Part shown: positions 1 through 8,200 of the stretch, in pieces
How positions within the stretch are numbered: the stretch's first letter is position 1
How the letters are laid out: every line of letters begins with the position of its first letter
Assembly: GCA_018304425.1 (NCBI GenBank)
Contig: JAGVWE010000002.1
Span: 32,001 to 96,000, forward strand
DNA: 64,000 nt
Source of the DNA: Candidatus Iainarchaeum sp.
GTDB taxonomy: Archaea > Iainarchaeota > Iainarchaeia > Iainarchaeales > UBA10219
Direction of reading: 5' to 3'
Translations under genes and position numbers: made by a program
Notes under the pieces: generated by a model
What the model saw: the letters and a program-made list of their open reading frames with translations, nothing else
The model's database searches: none
Told to the model about the DNA's origin: nothing

Positions 1-2
1 TC

Positions 3-476
3 CTCCTCAAGGCCTGCGAGGCCGGCTACCGCGTGGAACGCCCGATGAAGCTCGCCGCGGCAGTGCACAGAAACCACTCGAAGACCCGGCCCCGGCTGGC
101 CGCCAACGACGTCGTGATACGGAATAGAGAGCAAACCCAGGCCATCCGGTTCACCGTGAAAGTAAACGGCAAGGACCTGGATGGAACCCTGATTGGAGAC
201 GGAGTAGTCATTGCCACGCCGTTCGGCAGCCAGGCCTACTACCAGGCGATCACGGGAAAGGGCTTCCGGAAAGGGATGGGCATCGCGTTCAACAACGTGG
301 CCGGCAAGCGCAAGGGCTTGGTCGTCCGGGAGACCACGGAAATCACGGTCATTCTCCGGCGCGGCCGCGCCCTGGTCTCCTTCGACAACGACCCCGCCAT
401 GGTAGCCCTCGCCCCCGGCGACCGGGTAACCGTGAAGAAGGCCAGGGAACGGGCGAGCATCCTGCGGCTGGCCTAA
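3..476 (+). CDS. nadK: NAD(+) kinase family protein, C-terminal part (5' truncated by window edge)
   Basis: NDV and GDGVVIATPFGSQAY motifs match the NAD kinase NE/GDG..STP.GSTAY signature. The frame is open to the window start. Confidence 0.85.
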   Translation, partial: LLKACEAGYRVERPMKLAAAVHRNHSKTRPRLAANDVVIRNREQTQAIRFTVKVNGKDLDGTLIGDGVVIATPFGSQAYYQAITGKGFRKGMGIAFNNVAGKRKGLVVRETTEITVILRRGRALVSFDNDPAMVALAPGDRVTVKKARERASILRLA

Positions 477-542
477 GGCAAGGGATTCAACGCTCCAAGC
501 ACGCCCCCAACCTTTAAATACCTTGAAGCCCTAATTTATGGG

Positions 543-1355
543 ATGAAGGCAAAAATCGACTTGCTGCGCAGGAAACTCATTCACAAGGCGCGGGAACGGG
601 TGACCGAGAAGTTCACGGGCCGCGACCAGCACGTCATCAAGGCGATCGGCGTGTTGGGGGACTTGGACAACGTGTTCAACTTGTTGTTCGAGCAGGTCAG
701 GGAATGGTATGGCATGCACTTCCCGGAACTCGAGCGAATGTGCAACGACAACGCGGTGTACCTGAAGCTGGCCTACCACCTCGGCGACCGCAAGAATTTT
801 TTGTTCGAGAAAATCTGCGAGCACTACGAGAACCAACTGGCCGCCAAGCAAATCGAGGAAAAGGCCGGGCAGAGCCTGGGCTCGCCCGTCGAAGAAGAAG
901 ACCTCGCGGAAATCCGGTTGCTGGCCTTGAACGCCTTGAACCTCCGCGAGGAACGCGAGTTTTTGGTGAAGTACCTGGAGAAGGCCATGAAACAGGTGTG
1001 CCCCAATGTCTTGGCCGTGGCCGGTGCCCTCGTGGGCGGAAAGCTGTTGGCCACGGCGGGGAGCCTCAAGCGGATGGCCATGATGCCGGGGAGTACTTTG
1101 CAGGTATTGGGCGCGGAAAAGGCCTTGTTCTCGCACCTCCGCAAGGGCACCTTGAGCCCCAAGCACGGCCACGTGTACCAGCATCCCCTGGTGCGCGGCG
1201 TGGCGAAGAACAAGAAGGGCCGGATGGCGCGCACCCTGGGAGCGAAAATCGCGTTGGCCGCGAAGAAAGACTTTTTCGGCAAAAAAGAGGACTGCCAGGC
1301 GGAACTCCAGGCGCTCAACCGGCGCGCGGAACAACTCGGGGGCGCGCGCAAGTGA
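543..1355 (+). CDS. nop5: Box C/D sRNP protein Nop5 (Nop56/58)
   Basis: REWYGMHFPEL, QVLGAEKALF and PKHG motifs. TATA-like TTTAAATA at ~513. Confidence 0.95.
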   Translation: MKAKIDLLRRKLIHKARERVTEKFTGRDQHVIKAIGVLGDLDNVFNLLFEQVREWYGMHFPELERMCNDNAVYLKLAYHLGDRKNFLFEKICEHYENQLAAKQIEEKAGQSLGSPVEEEDLAEIRLLALNALNLREEREFLVKYLEKAMKQVCPNVLAVAGALVGGKLLATAGSLKRMAMMPGSTLQVLGAEKALFSHLRKGTLSPKHGHVYQHPLVRGVAKNKKGRMARTLGAKIALAAKKDFFGKKEDCQAELQALNRRAEQLGGARK

Positions 1356-1882
1356 CGCTCTCCCTGCAGGAGGCCGTGAACCTCTTGTTCGAGTTCCGGT
1401 TCAAGCAGATGACTTCCGCCGACGCGACCATGGACGAAAAAGCGTTCAACGACGCCCGCGAAGTCGTGAAAATCCATTTTGTGACGACCGGCAACGCGGA
1501 GGCCGCCGGCGAGTGGGCGTTGCAGGGCATCGTGCACGACCTGGATGCCCTGAAAAAGCAGGGCCTGTTGTCGGCGGAGCAGGTGGCGCGGCTGGAGGAC
1601 AAGCCCGTGAAACGCTATGCCAGCGTCCGGAAGCTCTTGCGGCTGCCGAGCATCGCGCCGAAGGTGCGCGAGTTGCTGGCGCGGCTGGACGCGCCGAAGC
1701 TCAAGGGCATTTACTCGAAGGAATTCGAGCGCGAGCAAGGCGAGGTGGCCAAGGAATTGATGCGCGAGCAGACCCTGAAAACCCTCAAACAACAGTTTGC
1801 CAAGGCCTCGGAAAAAGACGTGCAAATCGTGGAAGAGTATCTCATGGCGTACGAGCTCGACAAGCAGGAGCAGGGCTCGTGA
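1352..1882 (+). CDS. Hypothetical helical protein between nop5 and fibrillarin
   Basis: The GTG start overlaps the nop5 stop (GTGA). Codon usage resembles neighbouring genes. Corresponds to the 3' part of ORF 704..1882. Confidence 0.7.
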   Translation: MTLSLQEAVNLLFEFRFKQMTSADATMDEKAFNDAREVVKIHFVTTGNAEAAGEWALQGIVHDLDALKKQGLLSAEQVARLEDKPVKRYASVRKLLRLPSIAPKVRELLARLDAPKLKGIYSKEFEREQGEVAKELMREQTLKTLKQQFAKASEKDVQIVEEYLMAYELDKQEQGS

Positions 1883-1924
1883 GCCAGCAACCCCTTAAAA
1901 ACAGTTCAGCCCCTCTTTTCCTTG

Positions 1925-2593
1925 ATGCCGCTAAAGAAGCTGTTTGAAGGGGTTTACCGGGGAGAGGGCCGGCTTTGGACCGAGAACCTGGTGCCTGGCA
2001 AGCCCGTGTACGGCGAGGACTTGCGCGACTTCAATGGCCGGGAATTCCGGGCCTGGAACCCGTTCCGCAGCAAGCTGGCTTCCGCCATCGAAAAGGGGTT
2101 GAAGGAGTTCCCGGTGCGGGCGGGCGGCAGGGTGCTGTACCTTGGGAGCAGTGAGGGAACGACTGCCAGCCACTTGTCGGACGTCATCGGGGGAACGGGC
2201 CTGCTGGTGGGAGTGGATGTGAGCGAGCGCAGCATGAAGAAGTTCCTCGAGTTGTGCGAGCAACGCGAGAACATGGTGCCCGTGCTCGCGGACGCGAACC
2301 AGCCGGAGGGCTATGCCGATGCCTTGGAGGACGTGAAGGTCGACTTGCTGTACCAGGACGTCTCGCAGAAAAACCAGGCCGAAATCTTTTTGAAGAACGC
2401 GCGCGCGTTCCTCGGCAAAGGCAAACCAGCCATGCTGTGCGTGAAAGCGCGCTCCATTGACTCCGCGAAGAAGGCCTCGAGGATCATCGGCGACGAAGTG
2501 CGGTTGCTGGAAAAGGAATTCGAAGTGCGGCAGGTACTGGAACTCTCGCCGTTCGAGAAAGACCATGCCCTGGTGTACGGCAGGAAGAAGTGA
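1925..2593 (+). CDS. flpA: Fibrillarin-like rRNA/tRNA 2'-O-methyltransferase
   Basis: VYGE, WNPFRSKLAS, VLYLG..GTT.SH.SD and YQDVSQ.NQ motifs. Confidence 0.97.
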   Translation: MPLKKLFEGVYRGEGRLWTENLVPGKPVYGEDLRDFNGREFRAWNPFRSKLASAIEKGLKEFPVRAGGRVLYLGSSEGTTASHLSDVIGGTGLLVGVDVSERSMKKFLELCEQRENMVPVLADANQPEGYADALEDVKVDLLYQDVSQKNQAEIFLKNARAFLGKGKPAMLCVKARSIDSAKKASRIIGDEVRLLEKEFEVRQVLELSPFEKDHALVYGRKK

Positions 2594-2597
2594 GAGC

Positions 2598-3440
2598 ATG
2601 CAGGCGCGCGCCTATGGCCCAAGCCACGTCACGGGTTTCTTCAAGATTTACGCGAACGGCTCGACGGGAGCCGGCTTCAATCTGGAGGAAGGCATGCGGA
2701 CGAGGGTGGAAACCGGGAAAGGCGGGGGAGAAACGGTGTTGATTAATGGTAAAACCGACGCTGCCCCGGTGTCGCGGAACGTCATCCGGAAGTTCAGGGC
2801 CTTGACCGGGTTCAGGGGTCGGGTCCGGGTGGGACATGAAACCAGGGTCCCCATTGGCTTTGGCTTGGGCATGAGCGGCGCGGGAGCGTACTCGCTGGCG
2901 TTGGCGTTGAACCAGGCGCTGAGGGCGGGCCTGGACGCGCGGGGCGTGCTGCGCCAGGCGTTTGACGCGGAAATCGAGGAAGGCACCGGGCTGGGCACGG
3001 TCATCGCCGACCAGGGCAGGGGCTTGTTGCTGGGCCTTCCCCCATACCCTTCAAGGAAGGCACGGGAACTGAAAAGCGGGTGGCGGCACGCCGTGGTGGG
3101 GTTCTTCCACCCCATCCGGACAAAGTCCATCATCCGCAGCCGGCAGTGGAAGGAAAAAATCAACGAGGCCGGGGAGCGCGCGCTCAAGAAGTTCAGGCGC
3201 GAGCCGACCGCGAAGCGATTCGTGGAGTGTGCGAGGCGGTTCACGTTTGAAACCGGCCTTGCCAGCCGGCAAGTCGAGCGCGTGATGGAAGAAGTTCCTG
3301 GCACGAGCATGGCCATGCTGGGGGAAACCGTGTTCGGGTTGACCAGCCGGCCGGCGGAACTGCGGAAGCAGTTGCAAGCGTACACGGAAAGAGTGCTGGT
3401 GTCGGGGTTCAACCGCTGGCCCGCGAGGGTGGTGAAGTGA
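2598..3440 (+). CDS. Pantoate kinase (GHMP family)
   Basis: PSHVTGFF, PIGFGLGMSGAGA, GTGLG and SMAMLGETVF motifs. Adjacent to PPS. Confidence 0.9.
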   Translation: MQARAYGPSHVTGFFKIYANGSTGAGFNLEEGMRTRVETGKGGGETVLINGKTDAAPVSRNVIRKFRALTGFRGRVRVGHETRVPIGFGLGMSGAGAYSLALALNQALRAGLDARGVLRQAFDAEIEEGTGLGTVIADQGRGLLLGLPPYPSRKARELKSGWRHAVVGFFHPIRTKSIIRSRQWKEKINEAGERALKKFRREPTAKRFVECARRFTFETGLASRQVERVMEEVPGTSMAMLGETVFGLTSRPAELRKQLQAYTERVLVSGFNRWPARVVK

Positions 3441-4195
3441 AAACCGAAAACCTGCCCAAAAACCATCCCCGGTATCGCTCCCTGCTGGAACGGCACCGAC
3501 TCGAAGAAGGGGTGCGGAAGGGGTTGACGTCCCTGCAGGGGCTCCTCGCACATGGAAGGGGAGAGGCCTTTGACTACTTGTTTGGCGAGAGGACCCGGTC
3601 GTGGGCGCGGAAGGCCGAACGGGCGGCCGCGGCGGAGTTGTTGTTGGCCCGGCATCCCGTCCTTTCGGTGAACGGGAACACCGCGGCGTTGTGCCCCCTG
3701 GAAATGATTGCGTTGGCGCGGGCGCTGGGCTGCCGGCTCGAAGTCAACTTGTTTTATGGGCCGGCCGGGCGTCGGAAGAAAATCGCGGCCCATTTCAAGG
3801 AACTGGGAGAGGAACTCCTGGGAGCCAAGCCGGACGCGGTGTTGAAGGGCTTGAAATCCAACCGTGCCCGGGTGGACCGTCGGGGCATCTTCAAAGCCGA
3901 CGTGGTGCTGGTGCCGTTGGAGGACGGGGACCGGACCGAGGCCCTGCGGAAGGCCGGGAAGAAGGTCATCGCCATCGACTTAAACCCCTTGTCAAGGACC
4001 GCGCGGAAAGCCGACTTGACGGTGGTCGACCATGTCGCGCGCGCCGTGCCCGCGATAACCCGGGAAGTCAAGCGGTTCAAGCTGACGCCAACGGCCAAGC
4101 TGCGGAAAATCGCGCTGGCCTTTGACAACCGCGCCGGCCTCCGGCAAGCGATAGGGTTTTTAAGCCCAAAAACCAAGGGGGGTGGGAAAGCATGA
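3437..4195 (+). CDS. 4-phosphopantoate--beta-alanine ligase (archaeal phosphopantothenate synthetase)
   Basis: HPRYRSL, AHGRGEAFDYL, SVNGN, VPLEDGDR and IDLNPLSRTA motifs. Confidence 0.95.
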   Translation: MKTENLPKNHPRYRSLLERHRLEEGVRKGLTSLQGLLAHGRGEAFDYLFGERTRSWARKAERAAAAELLLARHPVLSVNGNTAALCPLEMIALARALGCRLEVNLFYGPAGRRKKIAAHFKELGEELLGAKPDAVLKGLKSNRARVDRRGIFKADVVLVPLEDGDRTEALRKAGKKVIAIDLNPLSRTARKADLTVVDHVARAVPAITREVKRFKLTPTAKLRKIALAFDNRAGLRQAIGFLSPKTKGGGKA

Positions 4196-4758
4196 AGTTG
4201 GAAGTCGAACGACAGTTGTTTCACCTGGTGATGGGAACTGCCTTCGTTTTGGTCGTCCACTTTTTTGGCGTGCAGGAGACCCTTTACTTTTCCCTGGCCT
4301 TGCTGGCGTTGGGCACGGGAGTGGCTTGGCTGCTGGGAAAGGGCGTGCGTTTGCCGTTCGTCTATGACGCGTTGCGGTTGGCGGAGCGGGAGCACGAGAA
4401 GGGCATCCCTGGTTTTGGCGCCTTCAAGTTCGTGTCCGCGGTCTCGCTGCTCACCCTCTTGTTCCAATCGGAGCGCGTGGTGTTGGGCGCGTTGCTGGTG
4501 CTCGCGTACGGGGACAGTTTTTCGACGTGGGTGGGAAAAAACTTTGGCCGGATTAAGACGGCCGGGAACCGGACCCTGGAGGGAACCGTGGCCGGCGTGT
4601 TGTCGAGTTTCCTGATATTGGGCTTGTTCTTCGAGCCCTTCACGGCCTTTGCCACGGCCTTGGCCGGGATGCTGGCGGAATACCTGCCGGTGGACGACAA
4701 CTACTCGATTCCTCTGGTTTCGGCCGCGGCCCTGACGCTCTTGAAGGGCGGGGCCTAA
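4192..4758 (+). CDS. Dolichol/phytol kinase-like membrane protein (SEC59/DGK1/VTE5 family)
   Basis: RQLFH, GDSFSTWVG, RTLEGT and DDNYSIP motifs. Multiple TM helices. Confidence 0.85.
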   Translation: MKLEVERQLFHLVMGTAFVLVVHFFGVQETLYFSLALLALGTGVAWLLGKGVRLPFVYDALRLAEREHEKGIPGFGAFKFVSAVSLLTLLFQSERVVLGALLVLAYGDSFSTWVGKNFGRIKTAGNRTLEGTVAGVLSSFLILGLFFEPFTAFATALAGMLAEYLPVDDNYSIPLVSAAALTLLKGGA

Positions 4759-4809
4759 CCGGCTGCAGGGGCAGGAATAAAAAGGCTTTTGCGCCCAAAG
4801 CCGTAGAGC

Positions 4810-5013
4810 GGCCAGTTGGATTGAGTGAAGCCTACCGCCCCGTCGAGCCACTTCGGGCGAAGACGGGGCACGCCTGCGATGTCAACGGCCCTGGAGGTGG
4901 CCGCCTAATCGGCTGGCGCCTCGGCAGCTGTGCGAGGCCGAAAGGCCGAGCCAGCCCGGTCGAGCCCCGCAGGGGGCGAAGACCGTGCACAGATGTCAAC
5001 TGGCTGGGCAGTT
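4810..5013 (+). ncRNA. Putative structured RNA / tRNA 5' leader (~200 nt) with tandemly duplicated hairpin units
   Basis: Terminal stem 4810-4819/4996-5005. Two copies of gccc-GTCGAGCC-loop-GGCGAAGAC-gcac..GATGTCAAC with a compensatory change. GAAA-loop hairpin. Abuts tRNA-Arg. Confidence 0.5.
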
Positions 5014-5088
5014 GAGCGGGTCGTCTAGCCTGGATAGGACAGATGCCTCCTAAGCATCAGATCGAGGGTTCAAATCCCTTCCCGCTCG
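5014..5088 (+). tRNA. tRNA-Arg(CCT)
   Basis: Acceptor GAGCGGG/CCCGCTC, anticodon arm GATGC-CTCCTAA-GCATC, T arm GAGGG-TTCAAAT-CCCTT. CCA is not encoded. Confidence 0.95.
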
Positions 5089-5090
5089 CT

Positions 5091-5160
5091 ACGCCTTTTT
5101 ACAAAAGGTGTGCGAAAACGTCCCATGCCATGCATGGGACTGGCTGGGCCGGCCCTAGCA
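5091..5160 (-). repeat. Dispersed hairpin repeat, copy A (immediately 3' of tRNA-Arg, inverted)
   Basis: 5094-5145 matches the reverse complement of the 43.2-kb copy at 48/52 nt. Confidence 0.85.
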
Positions 5161-5222
5161 AACCTTTATTAATTTTAGATTCACTTATTATAGTCAATTA
5201 GTAGGGGTATTAGAGGGGAAGG

Positions 5223-8200
5223 GTGGGTAAAATCAGGGCACGGGCGTTACTGGTTTTTGTCACGTTGTTGGCGCTGGCTTGGATGGCTCAGGGAGCCTTG
5301 GCCGAGGAGGCCTCGTTGGCTGAAAGGCTGGGGTTCACGGCAACCGGTTTCGATTTCGCGAAAGTGGACCTGGTGCTCGCGGCCGGAATCCTCATCGTCT
5401 TGTGCGTGGTGTTGTATGCCGTGCTGGCCGTGTTCTTGAAGCCCCAGCAAGGCCAGTCCTATGAGGCGCCCCAGGAGTTGACCGTGGAAGGAATCACGGG
5501 AGGAGAGACAACGCCGCCCAGGGACGAGTCGAATCCCGTCATGAAATTCTATTATTCGTTGGAGGACGGCTGGTATAATTTCTTGGACGGCTTGAACCAG
5601 GTCATCCCCGTCTACAAAATCATCGACCCCATTGACCAGGTCATCCCGTCCTTTGCCTTGTTCTTGTTGCTCTTGTTGTTGCTGCTGGTTGGTGGCCTCT
5701 ACTGGGGCGGCGCCTTCAATGCTCCGGGCCCGGATGGAACCGGGGGCGGAGTGCTGTGGCCGGTCGTGGACTGGATGGGTTCTCTCCTGGGCTGGAAGAA
5801 GGCGGATGCCGCAGGCGTGCAGTTCCTGGTGAGCGACGAGCAGGCCAATCCCGTGGCGGGCGCGCAGGTCGCCGTGGCCTACGGCGAGCAGGCCGAGAGC
5901 TATTCCACCAACGAGTTCGGCGAGTTCTCCATGCCTGTTTACCAGGCTGAAATCTTTTTGGACGTCCAGGCCGAGGGCTTCGAGCGGTTCTCGGAAAACT
6001 ATTCGGTGAACCGGGAGGGCGTGAACCGGGTTTCCTTGAAGCGCGCGCCGCTCTACTTCGCGGAGAACCGCGTGCTGGAACTCGTCGACGAATTCGGGGC
6101 CAGGGTAACGGAGGCCGTGTTCGTGAGCTTTTCCTGCAGTGGCAGCTATAACGCGCCGGCCAGCCAGTCCACGACCACGGGCGAGGTCAGTGTCACGTAC
6201 ACCGGCAACTGCGGCACCCTGATGGCCAGCATCCGGGCGCAGGGCTTTGAAGACCAGACGGTGCTCATGAGCGGCTCGCGGACCGTGGCCGTGTTGAAGA
6301 AGAAGTCGGCCGACCGCTTGAATGGAAAGCTGAACGTCAAGCTGCTCGGCCCCCAAAGCGAGTCCATGACCGGCATGGAAATCCGGCTGTTTGACAACGA
6401 CAACATCTGGAAGAACACCGGGAAATCGGATGCTGCCGGCAGTTACTCGTTCACGGTCACGCCCGGCACCTATTACGTGCTGGTGCAGGACCTTGCAGGC
6501 AAATTTACGTCCACGCAAAGCAATAAGGTGCCGGTGGACGCAGGCGAAGAAGTCCTGGTGGAAGTCCGGATGAGCAAGGCCGGCACCGATGGAAGCGGAG
6601 GAGACGGGGGCGGAACCACGTGCGCCCCGGGCAAGACATTGTGCGCCAATGGGCAGTGTCAAACGAGTTGCGGGCCCGGGGTGTTGCCGGCCTGTCCAGC
6701 CGGGCAAAACCGGTGCGCGGACCGCACGTGCCAGGCGAGTTGCGGGCCTGGACCCATCAACTGCCCCACCGGCACCAACCTCTGCCAAAACGGGACCTGC
6801 AACGCCACCTGCCCCGTAAACCGGCCAAAACCGATGCGCAGACTACTCCTGCCAGGCCGATTGCGGTTCGGGTCCAGGGGATGGCGGGGAGCCCCGGAAA
6901 GTGGAGTTGAAGCTCGTGGACTCGGGTTCGAGGGCGGGAATACAGGGCGTGAACGTGGACTTGTACTTGGAGGGCATCCAGTTGGTTTCGAACGCGCGCA
7001 CGAACTCGGAAGGCGGGGTCGTGTTCGCGAACGCGGACCGCGTGAAACCGTATTCCATCGTGGCAAGCGGGCACCCCAGTTACGTGATGAAGATCGTCAG
7101 CGGCATCCAATCGCAGTTGCTGAACGCCAATCCCATCGTCATCGAGTTGGAGAAGTTGACTCCCACCAATTCGGGGGAAGTCGCGGTCAAGGTGACGGAG
7201 TTGGGGGCGGGCAACGTCAAGCAAGCCGAAGTGTTCTTGTACAACAAGCTCTTGGCGGTGCCCATCGTGAGGGGCTTGACGGCGGACGACGGCAGCGCCT
7301 CGTTTCCGGGGTTGCCGGCGGGGACGTATTCTGCGATGGCGTCCAAGGGGTTGACGCAGGGAAGGAGCGCGGAAGGCACGTTGGCGGCCGGGAGCCGGCT
7401 GGAGTTGGCCGTGCAATTGGTGTTGATGGAGGGCGGCCTCAAGGCCCGGGTCAAGGACGCGCAAGGCAACGGGGTGCAGGCCGCGAAAGTCGAGTACTAT
7501 AACTTGTTGGACAACCGGAAGGTCGGCGAAGCCATCACGGATGTTACCGGCTTGACTCCTGAAGTCAAGCTGAAGATAAACGTCGTGCCCTATCTCGCGG
7601 TTTCAAAGACCGGCTTCTACACCAAGCGCACGGCGGAAACCGAGTTGACGCCGAATGTGACGAAAACCGTTGACGTGACCCTGTCCAGGGAGCAAGCCAT
7701 GGGCCCTTGTTCGCCGGGACAGGCCTTGTGTGCGAACGGCCAGTGCGCGAACAGTTGCGGGCCCGGGTCGAATCCATGTCAGGCCCCAAACAACCTGTGC
7801 TCGAATGGAACGTGTAGTTCGGCTTGCCCCGTGCCCCTCGACTGTCCAGTAGGGCAAAACCGGTGCGCGGACTTTTCGTGCCAGGCCAGCTGCGGGCCCG
7901 GCATCCATCCGGGGTGTCCTACGGGGCAAAGCATTTGCTTGGATGGTTCTTGCCAGGCCAATTGTGGGCCGGGGCCGTTGCCTTCCTGTCCAGTCGGGCA
8001 GGTCCGATGCAATGACCGCACGTGCCAGGCGAGTTGCGGGCCTGGACCCATCAACTGCCCCACCGGCACCAACCTCTGCCAAAACGGGACCTGCAACGCC
8101 ACCTGCCCCGTACTACTCCTGCCAAACCAACTGCGGACCCGGCAACCTCCCAACCTGCCCAACCGGCCAAAACCGATGCGCAGACTACTCCTGCCAGGCG

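Noticed and set aside
4810-5013. RNase P RNA, SRP RNA, box C/D guide or hammerhead ribozyme
   Set aside because: No GAGGAAAGUCC/ACAGAA core, no SRP helix-8 motif, no RUGAUGA/CUGA boxes and no CUGANGA...GAAA core on either strand.
4821-5015. 64-aa ORF with an internal peptide repeat
   Set aside because: TTG start, runs into the tRNA, and the repeat is better explained by the nucleotide hairpins.
6810-6825. Programmed ribosomal frameshift or BHB intron in the giant gene
   Set aside because: No slippery heptamer or bulge-helix-bulge is evident. Sequence appears to be missing rather than inserted, so assembly collapse is more likely.
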